From: Ranitomeya imitator
Taxonomy: Eukaryota
Direction: 5' to 3'
DNA: 64,000 nt
Assembly: GCF_032444005.1 (NCBI RefSeq)
Contig: NC_091288.1
Span: 201,810,001 to 201,874,000 of the forward strand
Every line of letters begins with the position of its first letter. Within the stretch, counting starts at the first letter, position 1. Of the stretch, positions 10,926 to 21,594 are shown in pieces. The notes beneath the pieces were generated by a model. It had not been told where the DNA came from. It saw nothing but the letters and a program-made list of their open reading frames with translations, and ran no database searches. A program made the translations under genes and the position numbers.

Positions 10926-10982
10926 TTCCAGAGCTCGGCCGTCATGGCCCTGCAGGAGGCCAGCGAGGCTTATCTGCTGGGG
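10926..10982 (+). pseudogene. H3: Internal H3 fragment [19 protein letters not shown] on the + strand; also at 31742-31798
   Basis: 57 nt, 2 substitutions relative to the resident H3 CDS, opposite orientation to all intact genes. Confidence 0.9.
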
Positions 10983-10990
10983 AGTCTGGG

Positions 10991-13132
10991 GATGTACTAG
11001 ATTTTCTCGGCACCACCATCCGCATGTGGGGTGCTGCTGTAATCCCGTTCATTATCCTCATTTTTCCTCTGCACATTCCCACATCCAGCCAAGTGATCGC
11101 GGGGTCCAGTATACTCATCAGCATTGCCAATACTTCGATATGTAGCAAAGAAGGAGTGGTGTAAAAATTTGGGGGGCATTTTGAGGGCAACCCAAACGTT
11201 GTGCCCCACCAAAAAATGTCCCGGTTGACCCAAAACATTCTGAAAAAAATTACCACACACTCTTATAGTGTTCCTCTACACACCCTGAGAATTTGTGGTC
11301 GACAGACCCAAACCGGGCTTAGCAGTGACCTTGCGCACCACAGACTTCAATGGGCAGGGTCACTTTGGGGAGTCTCTGCTCAGCCCAGTTTGTGGCTATC
11401 ATCAACCCCAAATGTTCAGGGTGTGTAGCTCTAGTGGACCAGTGCTGTAAAAATTTAGGGGGCATTTTGAGATGACCCAAAACATATGCCCCTCCCCACC
11501 CCCAAACTTCTGAACAAATTACCCGACACTCTTGAATTGTTCCTCTACACACCCTGAACATTTGGGGTCGATGGGCACAAACTAGGCTGAGCAGTGACCC
11601 TGCGCGCGATAGGCTTCCATGGGCAGGGCAGCTTTGGGGGGTAACTGCTCAGCACAGATTGGGGCTATCGACTTCAAATTTTCATAGTGTGTAGAGGAAT
11701 AATTCATGAGTGTGGGCTATTTTTTTTCTGAATACCTTGCTCTATATACTGTACACACTGCTCTAGATATTGTACACTGCTCTATATACTGTACACACTG
11801 CTCTATATATTGTATACTGCTCTATATACTGTACACTGATTTACATACTGTACCCTCTCCTGTATATACTGTACACACTGCTACTGTACACTCTGGTCTA
11901 TATACTGTGTACTCTGCTGTATATACTGTACACACTGCTCTATATACTGTACGCTCTGGTCTATAATACTGTACACTGCTGTATATACTGTTCACACTGC
12001 TCTATATACTGTACACTGCTCTAAATACTGTACACACTGCTCTATATACTGTATATACTGTATATATACTGTATATATTGCTGTATATATACTGTATATA
12101 TACTGTATATATTGCTGTATATACTGTACAATCTGTTGCACAGTCTGTATACACTGCTGTATATACTGTATACTCTGCTCTATATACTGTACACACGGCA
12201 CTATGCTATACACTGCTCTATATACTGTACACTCTGGTCTATAAACTGGACACTGCTGTATATACTGTACTCTGCTTTATATACTGTACACACTGTTGTA
12301 TATACTGTAGACTCTCCTCTATTATCTGTGACACTTATTACACTGCTGATCTGGGCTGTGCAGATGTGATGTTGTGCACTATATATACTATATACAGCTG
12401 TGTTCTCTGTGTAGACGCTGGATTTTGTGTCTCCGCTTTTCTCCCAATATTCCCCTTTTGCACAACAGTGGGGGTCACATACATGCATGAATATTTCAGT
12501 TTTCTCCCGAGATGTTCATGTGTTTGGTTGGGGAGTCGCGCTGTGCAGCTGTCGCCTCATCATCAGAGCTCTTCCCTCCATTACAGGCCGCAGCGGTCAC
12601 AGCTTCACACTGGGTAAGACACGATATCAGGCAGGTGATTGCAATCAGCCCCCGATATGGATCATCTACTGATGTGGAACACGTGTCCCCCCAATACTCT
12701 GCACATACGGGGTAGAGTGATATCACAGGTCAGGGAGGTGGCAGTCAGCGGAGGCCGTCGCCTGTGTTACCCTTCTGGGTTCTCAGCAGCTCCAGCTGGT
12801 CCCCACATCGTACAATCAGCTTCCTGTGCGATAGACACTGGAGTAAAGATCCCTGTGATGGTGACAAGAGCCGGGAATAGGAGGAACGAGCTCCCGCAGC
12901 AGATTTATCTACCCGGACACACAGTGATGTGCAGATCGGGAGGACGGCGGCGATGATCCCGGGATTTCCTCTCCGCAATTTCTAGGCGTTTCCACTAGTG
13001 ACGGCTACAAACGGTCGGTGGAGATGATGGAGAAGGAGAAGCGACGGAGGAATCGCGCTCTGCTGTCCGGTGTTAGCCGGTAAAGGGTTTTTATCCCGGG
13101 CAGGGAAGCACAAGGGGAGAGCGGAGCTTCAC
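10991..13132. repeat. Right arm of the inverted repeat; also 31807-33948
   Basis: For example CTGCACCTCACTGTGTATCCGGG (~1152) pairs with CCCGGACACACAGTGATGTGCAG (~12912); the ends are sharp. Confidence 0.9.
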
Positions 13133-13192
13133 TACCTGCCAGCCCTTATGCCGAAGTGATCAGATTCTATTCTGTGTAATCCGCTCATGTAA

Positions 13193-13243
13193 CCAATATT
13201 GGCGGAGGCTGCGGGGAGTTATAGATTTCATGTCTTATAAAAG
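13193..13243 (+). promoter_or_regulatory. Putative + strand Pol II promoter (CCAATATTGG at 13193, TATAAAAG at 13236) of the empty H1-like locus
   Basis: Motifs seen; positioned where the H1 core promoter would lie relative to the inverted arm. Confidence 0.45.
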
Positions 13244-13503
13244 CAGCTCAGCGGGTTATCGATTGTGCAGAGGTGTCAGTATGTGCATGTATATATGTGT
13301 ATGTACATACCCCATACACCCTTGTATCATTTACCAAATAGTACCGTAACAATGAACAGCATCAGCGGTTCCAGCTCCATAATGCAAACAGGGGGCAGCA
13401 CAATAAGATGGGGGCAAACACCAGTATATGTCAGGACTCGGGAGACTTAATGTTAGTCAGATAGGAGCTCTGCACTTCCGCAGCCATTTAATCTCATTCA
13501 ATG

Positions 13504-14315
13504 AGCCACCACCTCCTCCCCGCAGAGCTGTATGATCAGTGCCACCACCTTCTCCCAACAGAGCTGTATGATCAGTGCCACCACCTCCTCCTCGCAGAGC
13601 TGTATGATCAGTGCCACCACCTCCTCCCCGCAGAGCTGTATGATCAGAGCAACCACCTTCTCCCCACAGAGCTGTATGATCAGTGCCATCACCCACTCCC
13701 CGCAGAGCTGTATGATCAGTGCCACCACCTCCTCGCAGAGCTGTATGATCAGTGCCACCACCTCCTCCCCACGGAACTGTATGATCAGTGCCACCGCCTC
13801 CTCCCCGCAGAGCTGTATGATCAGTGCCACCACCTCCTCCTCGCAGAGCTGTATGATCAGTGCCACCACCTCCTCCCCGCAGAGCTGTATGATCAGAGCA
13901 ACCACCTTCTCCCCACAGAGCTGTATGATCAGTGCCATCACCCACTCCCCGCAGAGCTGTATGATCAGTGCCACCACCTCCTCGCAGAGCTGTATGATCA
14001 GTGCCACCACCTCCTCCCCACGGAACTGTATGATCAGTGCCACCGCCTCCTCCCCGCAGAGCTGTATGATCAGTGCCACCACCTCCTCCTCCCTGCAGAG
14101 CTGTATGATCAGTGCCACCACCTCCTCCTCCCTGCAGAGCTGTATGATCAGTGCCACCACCTCCTCCTCCCCGCAGAGCTGTATGATCAGTGCCACTACC
14201 TCCTCCCCGCAGAGCTGTATGATCAGAGCAACCACTTCCTCCCCAGCAGAGCTATATGATCAGTGCCACCACCTTCTCCCCACAGAGCTGTATGATCAGT
14301 GCCACCACCTTCTCC
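13504..14315 (+). repeat. Inverted copy of the 36-bp HDE minisatellite (~22 units); also 34320-35131
   Basis: Same unit on the + strand; internal 249-bp (7-unit) higher-order duplication. Confidence 0.96.
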
Positions 14316-15299
14316 CCTTCATTGTCTGTTCTAGTTATATGGAGATAATGGTCCTTGTATGCAATGTCCAGTAATGATTCCCGAGAGCAGCAGACGCTCC
14401 CTGAGGACCCATCTATGCCCAGCAGAGGACACTCATAGCCAGAGACCGGTACCGGGAGTTCCCTCTCCTCACGCTGCAGAACAGCAGAGCGGGCTGGGGA
14501 CTAGTGACCGGTGTCACCCGCACTCAGAGCAGCCTGCAGCTGAAGGAGGAATCCCCCCTAACAAGGAATGTGCCAGTGACACCCTGACAGCGGAGAAAGG
14601 ACAGGCAGAACACGCAGCAGCCGGGACTCTCCTCGCTGCGAGCTCCGGTACACAGAGGGGGGCAGGAAGTTCCGGGCTCAGGAGACGGGGACATCACCTG
14701 CCATGGGGTGTAAGGGGATGATCTGTAGCGCTGCATCTAATTATTGGGGGAAGCTCATTATCACTTACCAGACGCATTCAGGTGACATTAATGAGCCGCA
14801 GGCAGCGAGGCCGCCGAGTACTGTCCTCAATGGGGAGCAGCATTATAACAATGAGAATAACTTGCCCCCACTGTGATTTTCTTGTTATACGAATTGACGG
14901 TTTACTTTATTTTAATAACACTTGTATTGCAAATGACAGAGATCATAAAACTTAGATATAACCTGTTTCTTCATATGAAGATTTACATTCACAGAACATT
15001 TATTATCTTCCCGTAGAAGATAATGACAACAGCTTAGATGGATAAAACCATAAGCAATGGAGAAAGAACACAGAGAAAGAATTCCAAAACCTGTCATTCC
15101 TCAGTTGCTGGAGCTGTAGAATGATGGGCTGCACAGATTTTAGAGGATCATCTCTTCATTGTAATAGCTGAATCATTGGAATAGTGATATCCAGCAGGAG
15201 ACATATGTCAGGACTAATAGTAACAATGCAACAATGAGGCAGACTGAGGTGTGCACTGACTTGCAGAGAAGCAGCAGTAGTCTGAAGAAGCTGACAATT

Positions 15300-15655
15300 A
15301 AGAACAGCTGTGTACAACCATCTCCTATCTGTAAGCCGCTAGGAAATTAATTGTTAAACACTTATCTGCTTTTGGAGGCAAAAAAAGACGCTAAATGCTC
15401 CTGAGTAACCTCATATCTTGTATTTTACTAACATGTTTTTCTTTTCCCTTATTTAGGCTATTCAATTTTAGTTACCATATTACATTTCTCCTGTAACTCT
15501 GACCTGCTTGGACTGTTGTCTTTTCCTACACTTTTATCATATTTGATCCTTTTTCTTACCCTATTAAAATTTATATTTACCGTCCCTCTTTTATTTATGT
15601 CTGATATAAAACTGTTTGTGTGTATTGATTATACTTTAAAAAACAAAAAAAACTA
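15300..15655 (+). mobile_element. Possible degraded L1/Tx1-like LINE 3' end
   Basis: AARKLIVKH-like peptide remnant, then a T-rich tract ending in AAAAAACAAAAAAAA. Weak evidence. Confidence 0.3.
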
Positions 15656-16599
15656 CAAATCGCTCTGAGTTCAGTGGCTTTTTATTCCAGCTCTTGCTCC
15701 ATGGATCGTCCGATACTTTGTGGTCTCGTATTAATTGAAGTTTATGATTCTCACTTTGTTTCTCCAAAGAAAACATTTATTTATTAAATGACTCCACGGT
15801 GATTTGGAAGGTGATTACAGGAGATTGCTGTTGGTGGACTTTATATCACATCACAAGAAGCTGCGGAAACTACAACAAGCGGGAAATTCAAAATTCCTAC
15901 CCGCCCTGTGTGCAGCCAATCTGCAGAGGAAGGGGAGGGGCTAACGTTAACCGTTTAGGAACGTGGAGTTCCCGCTGAGTGGCTGATGAATTTTCCGTTT
16001 TTTGTCTTTCTGTAGTTTCAGGACGATCAGATGTCCGAAAAGTGTTTGTGTGGAGCGATCAATGGTCACTTGTGTCCCATACAGGAGTTTATATATTTCC
16101 AGGATCAAGGGAGAAGTATCCGCTTTCTATAATAGAAGGTGCAGAACTTTGCGACTATAGTGACTCCATCAGACCAGCAATATTCAGTGCAGGGAATATA
16201 CAGAAACGAGGTCATGCAGATTAGAAACAATCTTAAAATTGGGGTGGGGAGTCTAAAATGCTGATTAATGTTATCTAGGGAAACCTACTATAGAACTGTA
16301 AACTCCTGCAGTGAGAAGAATAACAGGAAATATCGCAGAGTAGATGGGCGCCCTGTATGGTCACATATGAGCATTCTTGCCGCATCCAGTCCCATCACAC
16401 ATCAATATCTTTGCGGATTATTCTAGTATTGGTCCTGATCAGGGCGCACAGGGAAGGGGGGATGAGATTATTACATTTCCGCATATATGTATTTACTCCC
16501 CCACACACTGCAGACTGAGCCGCGAGTGACCCAGAGACCAGATGTTACCGAGCACAAGTGATCCCTCCGGGCATAATTATATGTGAGGAATGAGCTCGT

Positions 16600-16692
16600 C
16601 TTGAGGGAGGATTTGGTGGCTCTGAAAAGAGCCTTTGTGTTGTGGTCGGTGCCGGGGCAGATCTAAGCTCTCTCCCCACGGATCCGGCGGGC
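16600..16692 (-). pseudogene. H3: Orphan H3 3' end: last 9 codons (ARRIRGERA), stop, 3' UTR and intact stem-loop (16618-16633); also at 37416-37508
   Basis: Near-identical to 18503-18585 of the intact H3 gene; joined at a GC microhomology to H4 downstream sequence. Confidence 0.92.
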
Positions 16693-16922
16693 TTGGGAAA
16701 ACCAGGTTTGTCTTTCTAGGTCAAAATATTGGAAAAGACTCTGGTCCCAGATCACACACTGCGGGCACATCCCAGAATCTGGATAATGCGGCTTCATTCC
16801 TTCGACCGGGAACCCACAGCATTAGTGGCTCAGTAAAGGTTCTAAACGATATATTAACTTTAAAACCACCAGGAACAAGAGCGCAGGAATAGGAAGGTGC
16901 AGCCTCTCACTGAGATGTGGGT

Positions 16923-16938
16923 GGCTCTGAAAAGAGCC
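16923..16938 (-). terminator. Histone 3' stem-loop of H4b
   Basis: GGCTCT-TTTC-AGAGCC-ACCCA. Confidence 0.95.
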
Positions 16939-16968
16939 TTTGGGTTGTGAGGACAGAAGAGAACACAA

Positions 16969-17331
<363 letters not shown>

Positions 17332-18510
17332 TTATATAGAGAGTGAGCGGACCGGAGCGAGAACTGTACAGATGACGCGTTTCCGGGGCGAGATTTCTGG
17401 TACTGAATTTGCAGTTAGCCCCTCCCTTTAGTCTCTGATTGGTTGAGCACAGAACAGTTGCTAATTTTGAATTTCCCGCTTATTGTGCTCTTATTTCCCC
17501 GCTTCTCTATTCTTCTCATCTCGGCGCCGCTGCTAGATCTGTTGGTTATTTCGATTTTTTTTCATTGTTATTTATGTTGCTAGTTTCCAGCTTCTGCCAA
17601 ATGTTAGCTAGTAGAATAAAAAATATATTCTAGGGACAATAATCTACAGAAAACTCGTGATCCCCGGCAGTCACTCATCATTACACGTGGTGCCGGACTG
17701 GCGGCCATTACCGGTCCCTCAGAGCAGGGAGCTGCATGTAACCAGTCACCCTGCGGCTCCAGCCCTGGAGAAGATGGGAAAAGTCAAATATACGAGAATT
17801 GCTTAACGACCCACCCACCACAAATGCGACCATCGCAGCACACGGGGGAGGGATCTGCTCAGACCAGTGTCAGGCAGAATAGATCACATAAAGGCGTCAT
17901 CACCGATCTGAGGGACAAATGAGGTTATTAACAGAAACTAAGCGCAGAGATCTCCGATCCGAACAAAAGAGAACAACCTAAAGCCGCAAGACTGAGGAGG
18001 CGGCACTAGGACCCAGCGCGTGCGACAGCAGATTGTGATCGGTTATGATCCTCAGGAGCGCGAGCAGCAAATGAGCGGGAATTTCAAATCCACCAGCGGA
18101 TCGGTAAATGACCACAAAACATCAGCATAAAGAACCGTTCTCAGGAACCGACCAATCACCGATTACTTTTACTCCATTAACTCAATAGTGACCGCGTTCC
18201 TGCAGATCCACCCCATTTACGTCTGCACTGTATAGGAACCGCACATCCACCACCGCAAACCCGGTTGTGCACTGTACACACTTTACGCGGTCCTTATAAC
18301 ACGTCGGTTTTGTTATAGATGTCGGACACTTTTGGACTGGGCGAGAATAGAGAATGTGCAGAGCGATAACCAATATCGCTGATCACCTGCAATATCGGAA
18401 GCAGCAGCCTCCGTCCATTAACTGATCGACCGTGCCTGCGCTTCGTACACGGAGAATACGCGCAGAAAAGGGACTGCTCAGGAATCGGCTCATTTGGGAG
18501 AGACTTTGGT

Positions 18511-18526
18511 GGCTCTGAAAAGAGCC
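18511..18526 (-). terminator. Histone 3' stem-loop of H3
   Basis: GGCTCT-TTTC-AGAGCC-ACCAA. Confidence 0.95.
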
Positions 18527-18555
18527 TTTGTGTTGTGGTCGCAGCCGGGGCAGAT

Positions 18556-19155
<600 letters not shown>

Positions 19156-19372
19156 CTAATCCCGCCCCTGAAGTCCCCGCCTCTTCCGTGATGCGTCTGT
19201 CCTCAGATCACTCATTTGCCGCTTGCTGGAGCAGCTGATGTATTTGCGTTCAAATGTCCCCGTGTATAGCGCTGTACAGTGCAGCTCCCGCAATATCGAC
19301 AGATCACACAAACCCCCCATCCTGAGACTGCGCCCAGCATCAGTTATATTACAAACATTAGAAGTCCGAGAA

Positions 19373-20911
19373 CTAATCATACAGCTCTGCGGGGAGGAGG
19401 CGGTGGCACTGATCATACAGCTCTGTGGGGAGGAGGTGGTGGCTCTGATCATACAGCTCTGCGGGGAGGAGGTGGTGGCTCTGATCATACAGCTCTGTGG
19501 GGAGAAGGTGGTGGCACTGATCAAACAGCTCTGCTGGGGAGGAGGTGGCTCTGATCATACAGCTCTGTGGGGAGAGGTGGTGGCACTGATCATACAGCTC
19601 TGCTGGGGAGGAGGTGGTTGCTCTGATCATACAGCTCTGCGGGGAGGAGGTAGTGGCACTGATCATACAGCTCTGCGGGGAGGAGGTAGTGGCTCTGATC
19701 ATACAGCTCTGCGGGGAGAATGTGATGGCTCTGATCATACAGCTCTGCTGGGGAGGAGGTGGTGGCTCTGATCATACAGCTCTGTGGGGAGAAGGTGGTT
19801 GCTCTGATCATACAGCTCTGCGGGGAGGAGGTGGTGGCACTGATCATACAGCTCTGTGGGGAGAAGGTGGTTGCTCTGATCATACAGCTCTGCGGGGAGG
19901 AGGTGGTGGCACTGATCATACAGCTCTGCGGGGAGGAGGTGGTGGCACTGATCATACAGCTCTGCGAGGAGGAGGTAGTGGCACTGATCATACAGCTCTG
20001 CGGGGAGGAGGTGGTGGCACTGATCATACAGCTCTGCGAGGAGGAGGTGGTGGCACTGATCATACAGCTCTGCGGGGAGTGGGTGATGGCACTGATCATA
20101 CAGCTCTGCTGGGAGAAGGTGGTGGCACTGATCAAACAGCTCTGCTGGGGAGGAGGTGGCTCTGATCATACAGCTCTGTGGGGAGAGGTGGTGGCACTGA
20201 TCATACAGCTCTGCTGGGGAGGAGGTGGTTGCTCTGATCATACAGCTCTGCGGGGAGGAGGTAGTGGCACTGATCATACAGCTCTGCGGGGAGGAGGTAG
20301 TGGCTCTGATCATACAGCTCTGCGGGGAGAATGTGATGGCTCTGATCATACAGCTCTGCTGGGGAGGAGGTGGTGGCTCTGATCATACAGCTCTGTGGGG
20401 AGAAGGTGGTTGCTCTGATCATACAGCTCTGCGGGGAGGAGGTAGTGGCACTGATAATACAGCTCTGCGGGGAGGAGGTAGTGGCACTGATCATACAGCT
20501 CTGTGGGGAGAAGGTGGTTGCTCTGATCATACAGCTCTGCGAGGAGGAGGTGATGGCACTGATCATACAGCTCTGCGGGGAGGAGGTGGTGGCACTGATC
20601 ATACAGCTCTGTGGGGAGAAGGTGGTTGCTCTGATCATACAGCTCTGCGGGGAGGAGGTGGTGGCACTGATCATACAGCTCTGCGGGGAGGAGGTGGTGG
20701 CACTGATCATACAGCTCTGCGAGGAGGAGGTAGTGGCACTGATCATACAGCTCTGCGGGGAGGAGGTGGTGGCACTGATCATACAGCTCTGCGAGGAGGT
20801 GGTGGCACTGATCATACAGCTCTGCGGGGAGTGGGTGATGGCACTGATCATACAGCTCTGCTGGGAGGAGGTGTTGGCACTGATCATACAGCTCTGCGGG
20901 GAGGAGGTGGT
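19373..20911 (-). repeat. 36-bp HDE-containing minisatellite (~43 units) downstream of H1; also 1-87 (partial), 40189-41727, 52731-54166
   Basis: Unit (minus strand) CAGAGCTGTATGATCAGTGCCACCACCTCCTCCCCG with 33-39 bp variants; ~611-bp higher-order block. Confidence 0.97.
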
Positions 20912-20955
20912 GGCTCTTATAAGAGCCTTTGTGGTATCAGAACAGGGGCTGCAGC

Positions 20956-21594
20956 TTATTTCTTAGCCGCGGGCTTCTTGGCTTTCGCAGCCTTCTTAGC
21001 CGGACTCTTGGCGGGTTTGGCCGCCTTCTTAGCCGGACTCTTCGTCACCTTCTTGGGCTTGGGAGCGGCTTTCGGCTTTTTGGGGCTCTTGGCCGCTTTC
21101 TTGGCAGCTGCGGGCTTCTTGGCCTTTTTCGGGCTCTTCTTGGCCGCGGTCGGAGCCTTCTTGGGCTTCTTCGGAGATTTGGCGGCTTTCTTGGCAGCAG
21201 CGGGTTTCTTAGGTTTGGCCGCAGCTGCTGGCTTCTTCTTGGCCACTTTGTCCTTCGTCTCCTGCTTCTTGTTCAGCTTGAAGGACCCGGAGGCGCCGCT
21301 GCCTTTCACCTGGAGGAGGGCGCCCTTGGTGACCAGAGACTTGACGGCCAGCTTCAGGCGGCTGTTGTTCTTCTCTACATCGTATCCTCCGGCAGACAGA
21401 GCCTTCTTCAGGGCGGCCAGAGACACCCCGCTGCGCTCCTTGGAGGCGGACACGGCTTTCACGATCAGCTCGGAGACGCTGGGGCCGGAGGGTTTATTGC
21501 TCTTCTTGGCAGCAGATTTCTTCGGCTGCTTCTTGGATTTGGCGGCCGGTTCTGCGGGAGGGGGAGCGGCGGCTGGCGCGGTCTCTGCCATCAT
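20956..21594 (-). CDS. H1: Histone H1, unit 2
   Basis: Same protein as the unit 1 copy; stem-loop at 20912-20927. Confidence 0.98.
   Translation of the reverse strand: MMAETAPAAAPPPAEPAAKSKKQPKKSAAKKSNKPSGPSVSELIVKAVSASKERSGVSLAALKKALSAGGYDVEKNNSRLKLAVKSLVTKGALLQVKGSGASGSFKLNKKQETKDKVAKKKPAAAAKPKKPAAAKKAAKSPKKPKKAPTAAKKSPKKAKKPAAAKKAAKSPKKPKAAPKPKKVTKSPAKKAAKPAKSPAKKAAKAKKPAAKK

Noticed and set aside
13498-14374. 245-280 aa ORFs (ALIIQLCGEEVV, AELYDQCHHLLP, QSCMISATTSSP repeats) over the minisatellites, also at 19.2-20.9 kb
   Set aside because: A 36-bp unit without stops gives open frames on both strands; the frames break wherever 34- or 37-bp units occur, and there is no coding signature.
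14359-14721. 120-aa ORF in the GC-rich segment after the + strand array
   Set aside because: No recognisable homology or promoter context; the length is compatible with chance in GC-rich DNA.
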